This document shows positions 1-11,001 of a DNA stretch of 34,831 nucleotides, piece by piece (the stretch's first letter is position 1; every line of letters starts with the position of its first letter). The DNA is from Nemertoderma westbladi. Its lineage: Eukaryota; Animalia; Xenacoelomorpha. The stretch spans positions 1-34,831 of the forward strand of contig JAUCBJ010006424.1 of assembly GCA_032718475.1 (NCBI GenBank), read 5' to 3'. Below the pieces are notes generated by a model. That model was not told the origin of the DNA, ran no database searches, and saw only the letters and a program-made list of their open reading frames with translations. Both the position numbers and the translations under genes were made by a program.

Positions 1-398
1 GGGGGGGGGGGGAACAGGTGAGATGGTATGGGGGAGGCAGGGCGGTTGGTCTCTGACAAGAGTTTAATTTAAATGTGTCAGCGAACTGACACGACAACAC
101 TCTGGCTGATTATGCTGACTAATGTATTACGGGTAAATTTGCTTATAGATTACATCGTTTATTGTTTTGAGTTTTGGTTATAAAAGTCCGTCGGTGTAAT
201 CTGTTCCTTTCCCTCAAATCAGCCGTTAGTATTAACTGGTGGATAAAAGTTTTACAATCACGGGTTCTTAAATGGAAATAACCTGTGATTGGGGTATTAT
301 TTGCAGCGTATACGGAGCCTTTAGGCGCAACTTTATTACTCAGTTACAGTATTTACTTTATTTACTCAGTTATTTACTTTATTAAGTCCGATTTTCAG

Positions 399-555
399 CA
401 TTTAGACGAGACGAATTCAGCTGAGATGAGCACTTCGATAAACGTGGGGGCTCTGAGTTCGGACAGCTCGGATCTCGAGCTGTTGCCTGGATACCGGCCA
501 TTCATAGAGGACCGTCTGGGGTTGACTCCACAGCGACAAACTCCTGCGAGTAACG
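399..555 (+). CDS. PCM1: Internal coding exon of PCM1-like host gene (HLDETNSAEMSTSINVGALSSDSSDLE...PASN)
   Basis: Acceptor ttttcAG at 397-398, 157-nt open frame, perfect donor G|GTAAGT at 556 (phase 1). This phase matches the acceptor at 32701. SAEMSTSINVGALSSDSSD resembles the vertebrate PCM1 segment SVAESTSLNIDVQSEASD (recalled from memory). Confidence 0.7.
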
Positions 556-574
556 GTAAGTTACCTGGGTAACG

Positions 575-1621
575 CGGCAGCTCCAAACCAAAACCCAGTA
601 AGTACATTTTTTGACTTTTTGAGATAATCGCAGAAATAATTTTGGACTTTAAACAGCTAGTATTTGGTTGAAATTTAATTTGATGAGTTATAATTTTGTG
701 TACCTTTACAAATTGTACATATATTAGTGCCAAAACTTTTTTTTTAATTTATTCCTTACTTTTCATATAAATCGACTTACACGGTTTTGGTCTGGTAGAA
801 AAGAAAACAATTGTGATTTTTGATGCATCAATACCCAGTAACGTCATGATTGTCATTTCAAAACACAGTAACTAATTTGCCCACACCAAAACCCAGTAAA
901 CTAACATATTTAACTTTTCCAATCAGTTACCTTTTCCTTTCCAAAACCCAGTAACTGACAAGTCCCTTAGCCAAAACCAACGGGGAGCGAAAACAAAGAG
1001 GCAACATTCTAGAATATAATATTCTAGAACATTTAATTATTTGTCTACGTCTGTTGCGTTGCCGGAGTTACTGGGTTTTGGTTTGGCATAGTATCTGCAT
1101 TCGGGAAATCCCACGTCAAAACCCAGTATCTCAGACTGCTGGAAACCCAGTAACTCTGTTTAACTGTGTTTTGACGTGGTAAATCTGACATTGACAATAT
1201 ACATACTGGGTTTTGACTTGGACAATTTGTCTTTCGGAAATGATACTCGATTTTGTTCAGAAAATACCAGGTGAAAACCCAAAAGAATTTTGCTCAAAAC
1301 CCAGTAGTGCAGTTACTGGGTTTTGGCGTGGAATTTTGGGATTTTTGAACACATATACTGGGTTTTGATGGAGTAACTTTTTCAAAATAACACCAGAAAG
1401 GATAAACGAAACCCAGTAACTAGCATTACTGTGTTTCGACGTGGTAGTTGCTTTAAATTAGCTAATTAGTTAATTAATTAATTGATAATACTGCGAAATC
1501 GGTTAGTGCTATGGTTTCGAAACTGAGTCTGATGAGTTCTACGCCCCCAAATTACCCAAAAAATCGAAAAAAATCGATTTCGAAAAAAATTGACATACTG
1601 CGTTTTGGTTTGAAGCTGCCG
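575..1621. mobile_element. Non-autonomous TIR DNA transposon with 4-bp TSD (AACG); superfamily unresolved
   Basis: Left end CGGCAGCTCCAAACCAAAACCCAGTA; the reverse complement of the right end is CGGCAGCTTCAAACCAAAACGCAGTA. AACG at 571-574 and 1622-1625. Many internal AAACCCAGTA motifs in both orientations. No transposase ORF. Confidence 0.88.
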
Positions 1622-2550
1622 AACGGGTCTCTTACCTGAATCTATGGGAAAATTTCTTGACGTTCTACCAAAAAAGGCGACAAATTCGCTAAATATTGAT
1701 CCCTATAGTCTCCCAATTACAGTTCAGTTTACCACTCCACTACGACAATGTTATCAAGAAATATGATACTGGTTTTATATAATATATTATACTGACTAAC
1801 AACACAACAGACAGAGTAAGAATGGCATGGAAATTTAAGGCACACATTTACCGCCCACCAATAAATCCTAACAAATAATATAAATACAAAACTGATATGT
1901 CGTACCTAAGCATATCCAAATACCGTATGAAAATGCAAAACTAAAGCTGCTTTTACTTAAAATTACATTAAAAAATAATCTACAGTACATTCTACATACA
2001 CACGTGTACACATTGTATAAATGGATATTCATATTGTAGTAACTCAAAATATTTTATTTTGTAACAAACTACATTGGGATGGAAGACTATGTTGTCAATG
2101 TCTTCCTTGGTTTTGGTTGAATAATTTTTTATACGCATTTATGTGTTTACAAATATTATTATTACAAAATATCTATGACATACTTAGTAAGAATTTTACT
2201 TTATGATAATTAATTAATGCAATTTATGAGGTATACATATACATACACTTGTATGGTTGGGATTTGGTTCTGGTTGCAGTGTGCGGTGTGGTGCATAAAA
2301 AAACATTCAGAATATTATATTTTATTTTCTTTTTAATTACCCATATCACAGGTAACGGATCAATTCTGTCATATGAAACATTTCAAAAATGAGTGATGAT
2401 ATTATACTAATAGTCACCATTCATATGTGGCAGTAACTTATTGTAAATAGGCGGTGGGTTTCTACTGAAATACAAAAGTTTCTACAAAAACAATGCTTGC
2501 TTGTGTAGTACATTCCTACTACAGGGTTGTGTTCCAGTATTTAGATAATA

Positions 2551-2632
2551 AACACGGTAACCCATCGGTAACACATCGGTAACACATCGGTAACCCATCG
2601 GTAACACATCGGTAACACATCGGTAACACATC
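2551..2632. repeat. 11-bp minisatellite (AAC[A/C]CATCGGT), about 7 copies
   Basis: Direct tandem repeats read from the sequence. Confidence 0.92.
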
Positions 2633-3368
2633 TATTAACTTGTAGTCATTTGGTATATAGTTTATGTCTTACCAAATACTATCTCAGACAGACTGTTACA
2701 TGGATGCAAAATGGGAAAAATTTGTAAATTAGAGCGACGCCCAAGGACCAGTGCCAGCTCACTACGCTGGCTAGCCCCACAATAATGTCAATAAATGTCG
2801 ACACTTGTTGGCGACATATTGTTGGCAATTATGGTTAGATGTTCGTTCATTTAAAACTAACCTATAGGCATATTTAATCTAACTATGAAGGCAACGTTGA
2901 TAAAATAACCACATCCACTACTGCACAGTGCACACACAGAATATTAATTCAAGTGTAGAAAATAAGGGCCCCATATTATGTGTTGTTTCACTTGTAGTGA
3001 GTATAGGGGTTGTTGGGTGGTAGTCTTCGAAGCTACAATTTAAGTACACTGAGACACAATGAATTGGCAAATTAAACAATCACCACAAAAATTATTCGCG
3101 TTTACGCTCTTACATACAACCAAAATATTGTTATTGTTTTATCTTGGCTGTTATTTACGAAGAAATGAAAAATATTAATTAAATTTCTTGCTGTGGTAAA
3201 CTCATACCGCAACTACAATATGATTTTTGGCGGGTGTATAATTCGTGCCAAGTATACATTTGCGATATGAATGAATTGATAATGATGTATTTAACAATTT
3301 AGGTACTCTTTAAATTAATTATTATCACTGTTGTTACCATAGTAAAGTGTAATTCCCTACTGTACTAG

Positions 3369-5726
3369 CTAGATATCAATAAGATTGGTTGAACCGAGGT
3401 CGTCTGCCCGGCTTGATAACCCTAGGAAGTATTCTCGATCGAGTCCAGTTTTCGATATCACGTTCCCTCCACTGCTACCCGTTGTCAGTATGTCCTGGTG
3501 AAAGTTTTTGGCTAGGTTTTCTCTTACATTCGGATTGATATCTTCGCTGTTATCGAAGAGATCTTCGTTGGCCAACCATTCGTGCGAGAGTGTCTCCAAC
3601 GCTGTGTACCTGTTAGCTACATCCCTGTCCAACATGTGCTCAATGACATCAGTGGCTGCGTTTGATACTTTGTTGAAGTATTCCTTCGGGTAAACTATCT
3701 CGTCATATACTATTTTATGAAAGAGATCTTGTAGATCGCTAGATTCGCTTTGGAAAGGCGGTAATCCACACAGGAGAATGTAGGCGATAACTCCAGCACT
3801 CCACACATCGATCTTTAGACCATAACCCGTCTCCGTTAGCACTTCAGGAGCCACATAGGTAGGGCTACCACAAACTGTGTAAATCGGTCTATCAACTTTC
3901 ATTGCCAAGCTAAAATCCCCAAGTTTCAGGGCTTTCGATCCATCTTGAAAGCAGCAAACTAAAAGATTTTCTGGTTTGACATCTCTGTGGACAATATTCA
4001 TCTCATGGAGGTAACAGAGGGCACTGCACAAGTTGTATATCATACTGCTCGCATCTCTTTCGGTATAGACCATGTTCAATTGGATTGCCTCAAATAGATT
4101 TCCACTATTAACTAACTCCATGACCATGTACATTTCATTTTGGCCATCCCATTCTTCCACAAGTAGAACAATATTGGGATGCCGAATATTTTTGAGAATT
4201 GTAATTTCACTCAACATCAGCAAATCGTCGTTGCATTTCGCTTTATCAATTATTTTCATTGCGAACTCATTCCCTGTTTCTCTCTCCACACACCGGTTAA
4301 CAACAGCAATCTTACCTTCACCTATCTTTTCGCAAATTTCATATTTATCAAGCATAATGTTATCTATTTCGGGAAGACTTCCATCGCCACCACCAGTTGG
4401 TTCTTCTTCCGCTGCGGGTAAAGGCGGTATTTCTGGCGGATTTTCCGGGGCGAGATTTATGTGAACCACGGCGTGAACATTGAGTTTTAGCGAACTTACA
4501 AACTGCTCGTTTTCGTCTGCCATTGGTTTGTCCAGAAGTGGTTGGTGGTTATATGGAGCCATTTCCATTAAATTGTCAACAGAGCGACCATGGTCTGTTG
4601 TGTCGCCCATAACATTTGCGTTGGGATCGTTGTTGATCTGACTTAGATCGGGTGTGCTTTTGAAGTCGCCTTTAACTCCGTGGCTGTGGTAGCATCTGTG
4701 CGGCACAATATGGCCCTCCCAGTTGAGCCCACCTGGGTACCGTCGGGTGCTGGACGACCGCATCGCTTTCCTGCCGCTCCGAGGAACTGGTGTTCCTGTG
4801 AACGGCTCCACCGAACTTTCCGTAACACGTTGACGCAACTGTTCCAGATGTTGGGATTCACTGGCGTCCAGTTTGAAATCTTCTTTTCCATGTTTTTCGC
4901 TACCAAAGGCGAAGAAAGCGTCTTCGGCGCTGTAGAAGTCTTGGAGACTGACGACCGGCTGACCCGTTGTCGTGTAAACCCGACGCACCTGACCAGAGGT
5001 GAGTTTCAGCACATCCGTCATGTCGTCTACGACGTGCTCGAAACTAGGCGCCGTGCGTTTGTTCAGCAGCATCCGTACCATCCGTCTGGGTCTCCGGCCG
5101 CCTCGGATCACCGTGATTAACTTGGGCCAGACCTCGTGGTGGTAGTGTATCTCCGTCTCACAACCGTTGCATGCCATTGAACTCGCGCTCTTCCGCATGC
5201 CGTTAGACTCCACGCTGCTCCCGCTCTTCCTCACTTGTTGCGCACGTCCTTGCGATGGGACCAATGAGATCTCTCCATTCGGCGTCGTATTGCCAATGTA
5301 ATCCATTTTCTTAAAGGGCTCGTTAGATGTAACAACATAGACCCCTCTATCTTCCAGCTCGTCCACATTCAGTATAGGAACCCCGTCGATGGTGTAGACC
5401 CGTCTGGCCCCCGCAGGTAGCCGACCTTCAGCTGAAAGCGTTCTAGTCAGGTCACTCAATAGGTTCTCGAAACTGCGACATCTCATGTTCGATATGGCCA
5501 TCGGCACTCCCTTGTGGTAGCGGTCCCCATTCGGAAAGAATGTGACTCGTTTAGCGCGGTGTAAGGTGTCTGTATACAGACGCGAATTGGTGCTATACAC
5601 AGTCGACGTCACAGTGCTTGTGCGATATGATTGGTTATTATTCCTGGGACTCCCGCCTCCATTGAGGCGGCTTTTATGTTCGCTGTTAGTTCTCGGTGAT
5701 CGTTTCTTGTCAACTACAACGGGCAT
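3369..5726 (-). CDS. DCLK: Doublecortin-like serine/threonine kinase, paralogue A (785 aa, intronless CDS, divergent kinase motifs)
   Basis: Two DCX domains (AKRVTFFPNGDRYHKG; PKLITVIRGGRRPRRMVRMLLNKRTAPSFE) plus a CaMK-type kinase domain (FAMKIIDK, HRDVKPEN, DFS, YVAPE, DVWSAGVI). Confidence 0.95.
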   Translation of the reverse strand: MPVVVDKKRSPRTNSEHKSRLNGGGSPRNNNQSYRTSTVTSTVYSTNSRLYTDTLHRAKRVTFFPNGDRYHKGVPMAISNMRCRSFENLLSDLTRTLSAEGRLPAGARRVYTIDGVPILNVDELEDRGVYVVTSNEPFKKMDYIGNTTPNGEISLVPSQGRAQQVRKSGSSVESNGMRKSASSMACNGCETEIHYHHEVWPKLITVIRGGRRPRRMVRMLLNKRTAPSFEHVVDDMTDVLKLTSGQVRRVYTTTGQPVVSLQDFYSAEDAFFAFGSEKHGKEDFKLDASESQHLEQLRQRVTESSVEPFTGTPVPRSGRKAMRSSSTRRYPGGLNWEGHIVPHRCYHSHGVKGDFKSTPDLSQINNDPNANVMGDTTDHGRSVDNLMEMAPYNHQPLLDKPMADENEQFVSSLKLNVHAVVHINLAPENPPEIPPLPAAEEEPTGGGDGSLPEIDNIMLDKYEICEKIGEGKIAVVNRCVERETGNEFAMKIIDKAKCNDDLLMLSEITILKNIRHPNIVLLVEEWDGQNEMYMVMELVNSGNLFEAIQLNMVYTERDASSMIYNLCSALCYLHEMNIVHRDVKPENLLVCCFQDGSKALKLGDFSLAMKVDRPIYTVCGSPTYVAPEVLTETGYGLKIDVWSAGVIAYILLCGLPPFQSESSDLQDLFHKIVYDEIVYPKEYFNKVSNAATDVIEHMLDRDVANRYTALETLSHEWLANEDLFDNSEDINPNVRENLAKNFHQDILTTGSSGGNVISKTGLDREYFLGLSSRADDLGSTNLIDI

Positions 5727-6747
5727 GTTTTTAATACAATTTATTTTTCTAGGTCAATTATTATTACATCAATAATAAAATATCAAATTCTCTCCCCACA
5801 AATGTTTTTGATATAACAAGAATAATTGAGCTCACAACTCGTAGAAACATACCGGTTTCTGCATAAAATGAAATGTTTGTGTTCGGAAAAATAATTACTA
5901 TTTACAACAAATGAATAAAATGTTCTTTCAGTAATACTTAATGTATCCGTAATAAAAGAAAAATGCAATTCACTTTTGTCCAATGTAAATGCGGGGGTGT
6001 TTGTGGGTAATCTTGGTAAGTAAAAAGCCAATATATACTGTAATGTTAGGAATGCATACTTGTAATAGCTAATAGCTTAGAAATGTATAACACCCACAGG
6101 CAGCCAGTCTCTGACTAATATAAGCTGCATCCCATATTGTTCCAGTTGCTATTGTGCCATCTGCTTCCACTGGGACTAGCGCTCGCGGGATGCAGTGAAA
6201 TCCTTGATGGATGGATGGGGTTGCCATGACACCACCACTCAGTTAAATATAGAGATGGGGAGAATGTCTTATACGCTGGAATAGTGCGTTGCATCTGTTG
6301 TTCTACGGGTCATTACCGGGTTCGAACCAGGAAACTTATTATTTTACTGGTATTAAAGAGTACCTCATATTAATTCACTATGGAATAGTAACTTTGCATG
6401 TTGTGCATGTGGTTCTTCCTAATGGGAATGTAATAAATAATAATGGTATGTCAAGGACAATACTCGAGTTGTGGTGTAATTGTTGTCCTGATGTGTTGAT
6501 TAGCCGTCAGAAAAAGAAAGAAGGCGATACCATAAACAGCGGTTTGTTGGGGATTATTCGCCTACTTACTGGGATTACTTGGATTCGTGATTGGCTTCAC
6601 ATCGTACTGATTATAATTAGGTTGTTGTCTATAACATATTATGTTCAACGGTGGGGATTCCCCTTGTGTTGTCTCTAAAATAATATAATATTAATATTTG
6701 CTTCCGATCGATTTCGAGATCTTAACTCCTTCCTAACATGAATTAAT

Positions 6748-7159
6748 TACATATTGACCCCTTAGAACCGCGACCAGCCATGTCTACATATTGACCCCTT
6801 AGAACCGCGACCAGCCATGTCTACATATTGACCCCTTAGAACCGTGACCAGCCATGTCTACATATTGACCCCTTAGAACCGTGACCAGCCATGTCTACAT
6901 ATTGACCCCTTAGAACCGCGACCAGCCATGTCTACATATTGACCCCTTAGAACCGTGACCAGCCATGTCTACATATTGACCCCTTAGAACCGTGACCAGC
7001 CATGTCTACATATTGACCCCTTAGAACCGTGACCAGCCATGTCTACATATTGACCCCTTAGAACCGCGACCAGCCATGTCTACATATTGACCCCTTAGAA
7101 CCGTGACCAGCCATGTCTACATATTGACCCCTTAGAACCGTGACCAGCCATGTCTACAT
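6748..7159. repeat. 37-bp tandem array, 11 copies (TACATATTGACCCCTTAGAACCG[C/T]GACCAGCCATGTC)
   Basis: GACCCC starts at 6756 and recurs every 37 bp to 7126; only one C/T position varies. Confidence 0.97.
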
Positions 7160-7660
7160 TTTTGTCAAAATTGAGTTATTGGTATCGTTGGAATGCTGAA
7201 CAAAAGTACTATCCATGAAAAAGGTCTCAAGTCCATATCTATGCATTCAACTTGCAGATCTGGCAAGTCGGTAATAACCTAATATCCATGTCCAAACCAT
7301 GAATTTCGGATAAATGAGCCATGTCTGTCCAATGCTTTTACAATAATGAGCCATGTCCATGTACGTGGCTCATTTTGTCACTTTTATTTTACAAATATTT
7401 GGGATTTCAATTATGTAAAAATGACCAATGTCCAAAAAATTTGGTAATAGTTTTGGAAAGTTGGCTAGTTTTCAAAATTTGCAATACATATTCCAAACTT
7501 TTTGATATCACACCGTTTAGTAGTGGTTGGGCAATGAATTTCCATTGAAATAACTTTGTTATAATGATGTGTCGATTTATACGGCCACTTCAAAAACTTT
7601 AAACGTATTTTTCTCGGAATTACAAAATGTGGACATGGCTGGTTATGATTCTAAGTGGTC
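7126..7660. mobile_element. Non-autonomous TIR element whose left end has been tandemly amplified
   Basis: Left GACCCCTTAGAACCGTGACCAGCCATGTCTACATTTTTGT. The right end (7622-7660) reverse-complements to GACCACTTAGAATCATAACCAGCCATGTCCACATTTTGT. Internal CCATGTC motifs. No clear TSD. Confidence 0.8.
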
Positions 7661-7939
7661 GCTTCTTGGGAAATAAAAATAATAATATAAATAGTAAAAA
7701 GTAATTAAATCTGAAAAGCATAAAAGTATAATATTTTCGGTGGAATTAATGAAATTCTATAATATGAATTATGAATTGCTATTTTGTAAGGCAATACACG
7801 AGTGGGATGGGGGGGGGGGGAGATTCGCGTGTACGAATCGAGATGAGCTTTTCGTAGCAGTGAAATTAGTTGACCTGGACACTCCCCCTAGCTGCCGGTA
7901 GAGGAACTATATAAATCTGTTTGTGTGTAGAATTTATAA

Positions 7940-8078
7940 ACATTTGATATACTACATGTGTTGTGTACCAAGTTTGGTTCCATTTCATCAAAGATTGACC
8001 GACTTAATAGCGTTCAAACACATTCCGACCATGACGACAAACAGTCCCATAATTAAACCGCTACAAAAAGGCTCACCT
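7940..8078 (-). mobile_element. Fragment of Helentron/DINE-1-like non-autonomous element, same family as 10551-10670
   Basis: AAGATTGACCGACTTAATAGCGTTCAAACA is the near-exact reverse complement of ~10638-10668, and AAGGCTCACCT is the reverse complement of AGGTGAGCCTT at 10573. Confidence 0.6.
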
Positions 8079-9182
8079 ACACCCCCCCCCCCCCCCCCCC
8101 CCTCCTATATTTTGGGCCAACTCGGTACAAACACGACGATTGAGACTGAGAAGTCGGCAAAACATGGTCGGGTTGAGGGAATTCGGGAAATTTTTGGAAC
8201 AGCGAATAATTAAATTTATATTCCCGAAGGATTACAATAAACAAAATAGTATGTAACAGTATCGCTGTTGATATGAAAATTCGATTGTGGACTGTAGTAA
8301 CAGATAATTTATTAAGTTGTGTAACATACTGTTTGAACAAAACAAAAAACCAGACCAGATTTGTTATAACAGAGGCCTGTTGCTGTATGCTTAGAGGTGC
8401 TCACTAAATGAGCTCATTGTGTAGTTTTCTTGACCGTGTACGCGTTACGTGTAGTGTAGAATGCTGATTTTATATCAACACACAAATTTGAGTGAGAATT
8501 TGAGTGCGTGACACTAACTCTACCACTCGCCTTTTAAGCGTGATCTTTTTAATGTATTGTTTGTGAATGTTTATAATTTGTAAACATTATCGGTGCAAGT
8601 GCTAATAAGCCGACTGACTGTTGAATATCATATTAACAAAAATTTCTAACATAAACATAATCCGTGCCGCTGATGACTGACCTTTCAACCTCAATCACAA
8701 TTTCCAATCGCTATGCTCTATTTTTTTAATTGATGTAAATACATTTTTGCTCAACACCGTTAGTATTAACAGCGAGTTGTTAACAACCTTAGAGGACATT
8801 ACAGCATTGTATTGGCCTGTACAATTAGCATTGTAGTGGGTGTTGTAATGTCCCATGTTTATGTAGTAACCAATGACGGCGAACTGTAAAGTAACGGCGT
8901 CAATGGTTAACACGTAAACAATAGGTGGAAATTTGCCTGACAGCCAGATAGGCCTACTGCATTAACTACCGGTAGGCGGGGTATAGCTATTAATAACCAG
9001 TAGCTATATTATTATCATGGCTCCAAACGCCACCATAAATATAAGCTGACTTATTTATAACATAATTTATGTCATTTTTACATTTATTTATACAGAAACT
9101 AATATAATTTGTGCAGTTTCTATCACTTATAATGTATATGTACAATCATTTCGTAATGTTACAATTTGGGAATAAAACTACA

Positions 9183-9319
9183 TACATACTTGTTGCAAAG
9201 TACTTTACAGTGTTCTGATCTTCGTGGCTTTATTTTCTCCCACTCACTAACGTTCGTTCGTGTAACAAAGCCACTCAGATCATCACACTGTAAAGTGGTA
9301 CTTTACACACAAGTATGTA
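9183..9319. repeat. Imperfect ~137-bp palindrome (MITE-like hairpin element)
   Basis: Paired arms TACATACTTG/CAAGTATGTA, CTTTACAGTGT/ACACTGTAAAG and GTGGCTTT/AAAGCCAC. Confidence 0.75.
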
Positions 9320-10265
9320 AATAGTTATTACATAATATTGCAATTCGAACAATTTTGCTGCTCGCGGCATTCGCATATCTCTACTTATAGCAGAATACAG
9401 TAAAAGCATACATGCTTTAATTAAATAGACAAAGATTTTGTTGCAAAAATTATTGATTAAATATAATTATATTCTTCTAAAAAATGGGTAACTCATCGCA
9501 CATCACATTTCCTTTGGCGCCACATTAGAATCTGATTTGAGTGCAGATACTGTAAGCTGTGCACGATATAATAGGCCTACACCTATTCAGTCATCTTGGT
9601 ATGTATTACATATCATTGCCTTTGGGTGCATGTAAAGAGCGGACTGCGGACTGGCGGACTACGGACTGGGGATTGCCAAAATCCGCGCGGTCAATTTGAA
9701 TTATCGACTTCCAAACTAAGAATCCGCTCTTTGTTGTCTGGACAAATGGCGGACTGAAGCCGGTAAATTGTAACCTGATTGGCTCAATCATGTACATAGG
9801 CTGAAGCTGAAAGGGAACTTAAAGAATGAATCATTCCATTTGGCTTTTAAATGTTTACCATTGTGCAACACTGTAATACAGGAAATAATTATCCTATACA
9901 GTAATTACGTGGACTGTTGATTAAGGGCCTACTATATTACCAATCAATATTATATATATATATATATTAGACCATTACACAAATTAAAATTACAAATACA
10001 AATACCCACCTACTATATAATCAACATTCTACGGATTTTCAGATTATTTATTTCAATAAATATTTTTATATACTTCCTGCCTTTAGAGTTTATGTCACAG
10101 TTGTCTGTTCGCAAATATAAAAGAGCGAATATTCGGACATTCGGACATCGGATTTTTTTGACAGCCTTAAAATGAAAAACACGAACACCTGATCGGCTAG
10201 TGCTTTTTTTAATGCTTTTTTAGTGTGGGCTGTGATATCCTACATATCTGACATACGATTAACTG

Positions 10266-10542
10266 GGCCCATGTGAAGTATACCAGACTTTCCGCCGTTA
10301 TATTTCACTTTGCAGTTACCCCCATGTGAAGAATACCAGGTTTTCACCAAAAACACAGGTTACAGAAGGGCTGAATCTAACCAAAACAATAAACGAATTA
10401 GTATATGTACAGGTTATAAGACAGAAATAAGCGCTATAAAACACTTAATAAAGATAAATTTAAAAAAATAAAAAATCTTCATATATAAAATTCCAATAAA
10501 AAGTCGACCGAAAAGTGAAATCCTGGTATTCTTCACATGGGC
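10266..10542. mobile_element. MITE nested in the MULE, 9-bp TSD GATTAACTG
   Basis: GCCCATGTGAAGTATACCAG ... CTGGTATTCTTCACATGGGC inverted ends; GATTAACTG at 10257-10265 and 10543-10551. A third TIR copy is near 10321. Confidence 0.82.
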
Positions 10543-10550
10543 GATTAACT

Positions 10551-10670
10551 GTGGGGCGAGCAACGTAAGTCCAGGTGAGCCTTAGCATATGGGTATAAGC
10601 ATATGGGTGGACCCGTCTGTCGTTGTCATCGTCGGAAATGTTTGAACGCTAATAAGTCGGTCAATCTTGG
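10551..10670 (+). mobile_element. Truncated end of Helentron/DINE-1-like element
   Basis: GTGGGGCGAGC...GAGCCTTAGC followed by a short GTC-type microsatellite, the same layout as the element end at 22416-22275 on the minus strand. Confidence 0.6.
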
Positions 10671-10872
10671 AAAAATAATGTTTCACTACTAGTATGTACG
10701 ACTAATATGTTTCAATTATGTTCCAATTTTGTTTCAACTAACAGAGACATAATAGTGGCAGTACGAGCCAACCTCCCCCCACCCCCCCCCCCCCCCCCCC
10801 CCCTTTTTTTTGGACGACCCCAACGTAAAAACTTTTAATTTAAGTAACAAGCAAACAAGGAATATCTTATAA

Positions 10873-11001
10873 GGTCGCGGTTCACACCTTTAAGCAATAA
10901 GCATAACTCTGCTTCGGCAGCAGAAGTACATACTACAGTAGTCCCAAAGTCTTTATCTAAAGTAGAGTTACGAATGAATCATGCTTAAAAGTGAACCGGC
11001 C
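10873..11001. mobile_element. Small Tourist/Harbinger-like MITE
   Basis: GGTCGCGGTTCACACCTTTAAGCA ... TGCTTAAAAGTGAACCGGCC imperfect TIRs flanked by TAA and TTA. Confidence 0.5.

Noticed and set aside
1-23. Possible upstream host exon end CAG|GTGAGA at 18
   Set aside because: Plausible, but it is preceded only by a G run at the window edge, so it cannot be evaluated.
285-398. Hydrophobic N-terminus of the 95-aa ORF resembling a membrane protein
   Set aside because: GTG start and T-rich intronic sequence upstream of the acceptor at 397-398.
6748-7159. 37-bp repeats resembling a CRISPR array
   Set aside because: Units are head-to-tail with no unique spacers, there are no cas genes, and the context is eukaryotic.
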